From assembly GCA_965153285.1 (NCBI GenBank), contig OZ229116.1: a DNA stretch of 64,000 bases. One strand, written 5' to 3'. Source of the DNA: Podarcis tiliguerta. Its lineage: Eukaryota. Under the pieces are notes generated by a model. The model was not told the DNA's origin. It worked only from the letters and a program-made list of their open reading frames with translations, and ran no database searches. Both the position numbers and the translations under genes were made by a program. Position 1 is the stretch's first letter; each line of letters begins with the position of its first letter. Shown here piece by piece: positions 62,939 to 64,000 of the stretch.

Positions 62939-63293
62939 AGGTAAAGGTAAAGGGACCCCTGACCATTAGGTCCAGTTTTGACCGACTCTGGGGTTGCGGG
63001 CTCTCATCTCGTTTTACTGGCCGAGGGAGCCAGCGTACAGCTTCCGGGTCATGTGGCCAGCATGACTAAGCCACTTCTGACGAAGCAGAGCAGCACACGG
63101 AAACACCGTTTACCTTCCCGCTGGAGCGGTACCTATTTATCTACTTGCACTTTGACGTGCTTTCGAACTGCTAGGTTGGCAGGAGCAGAGACCGAGCAAC
63201 GGGAGCTCACGCCATCACGGGAATTCGAACCGCGACCTTCTGATCAGCAAGTCCTAGGCTCTGTGGTTTAACCCACAGCGCCACCCGTGTCCC
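62939..63293 (-). mobile_element. Sauria SINE, full length
   Basis: Reverse-complement homolog of 44542-44893 with (AAAGGT)n tail on the left. TSD TGAGTAGTA at 62930-62938 and 63294-63302. Confidence 0.95.
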
Positions 63294-64000
63294 TGAGTAG
63301 TACTGTACTACAAATGCATCTTTTTAGGAAGCAAAAGAGGAACACACACACAGCTCTGAAACTCAAGCTGGCAAGGCAGAGAAGCCCAATTTCAAAAGCT
63401 CCCTTCATCTACTTCTCCAAAAGAGTTTTCACATCATCCACTAAAAACAACATAAATACTTAAAGCATCATTCAGGGTACAATCCAGAGTTTTTTGGAGT
63501 ACTGGGGAGTGTTCCTGCTGAATTCAATAGGATGTGAATTGCACCCAAAGAACTGGGAATGGGACGAAGTGCCATCTAGTCAAATCCCTTGCCAACAGGT
63601 TAAGATCTTCCATCCAACAGCCCCCTCCAGATGATGTGCCAAAAATAGAGAAGAAACGATCCTGCTAACACAGATTTCTCTGGCTAACACAAGCAAGCCA
63701 ACCTCTCTATGTGTAGATGAAGGCAACTGGACATTTTATTTTCCATAAAGATGCACTCCAACATACACATCTATTTTAGTGCGCATTTGTAATCATAGCA
63801 AAAAAAAGGAATAAAAAATATAAGGACCAACTAGAAAATACACAGTAATCAGTAAGTGGGACAACCGACAAGGTCAGTGGCTCAACAGCTGATTTATAAA
63901 TACCATGTACTGGAAAGAAGGAGGATCCTAAAAAAAGCAAGGTGAAATTTATTAAAATCTTAATCCTGAAGTGCTGCTACAGCATTTCTGAGCTCCCAGT

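Noticed and set aside
1-64000. CRISPR arrays, operons or other prokaryotic systems
   Set aside because: The sequence is eukaryotic. No regularly spaced repeat-spacer array or dense coding is present.

Overview
Vertebrate nuclear DNA, AT-rich and CpG-depleted, almost certainly from a squamate and most likely a lacertid lizard. The basis is the repeat content: Sauria SINEs with (ACCTTT)n tails, Squam3-type SINEs with (CTT)n tails, Bov-B, CR1, L2, Rex1/Babar and L1 fragments, and many TA-flanked Tc1/mariner-pogo and hAT MITEs. I recognise no host protein-coding exon. The only ORFs in the track that match known proteins are retrotransposon remnants (Rex1, Bov-B, L2, L1). The window reads as a large intron or gene desert with several repeat-free, motif-dense blocks that may be conserved enhancers, plus a few unverified minus-strand exon candidates. 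The most unusual structures are: (1) a TSD-bounded L1 insertion carrying the 5' 58 nt of U6 snRNA in inverted orientation, bracketed by a 14-bp inverted repeat (52333-52783); (2) a head-to-head Rex1/Bov-B fusion at a short apparent microhomology (6848-7915); (3) a 45-bp perfect palindrome that copies a mutated MITE end (27964-28008); (4) two MITEs sharing one TA (42228-42698); (5) a decayed hammerhead-like core (about 2075-2165). Family names are from memory, not database searches. I cannot support a new multi-gene biological system here.
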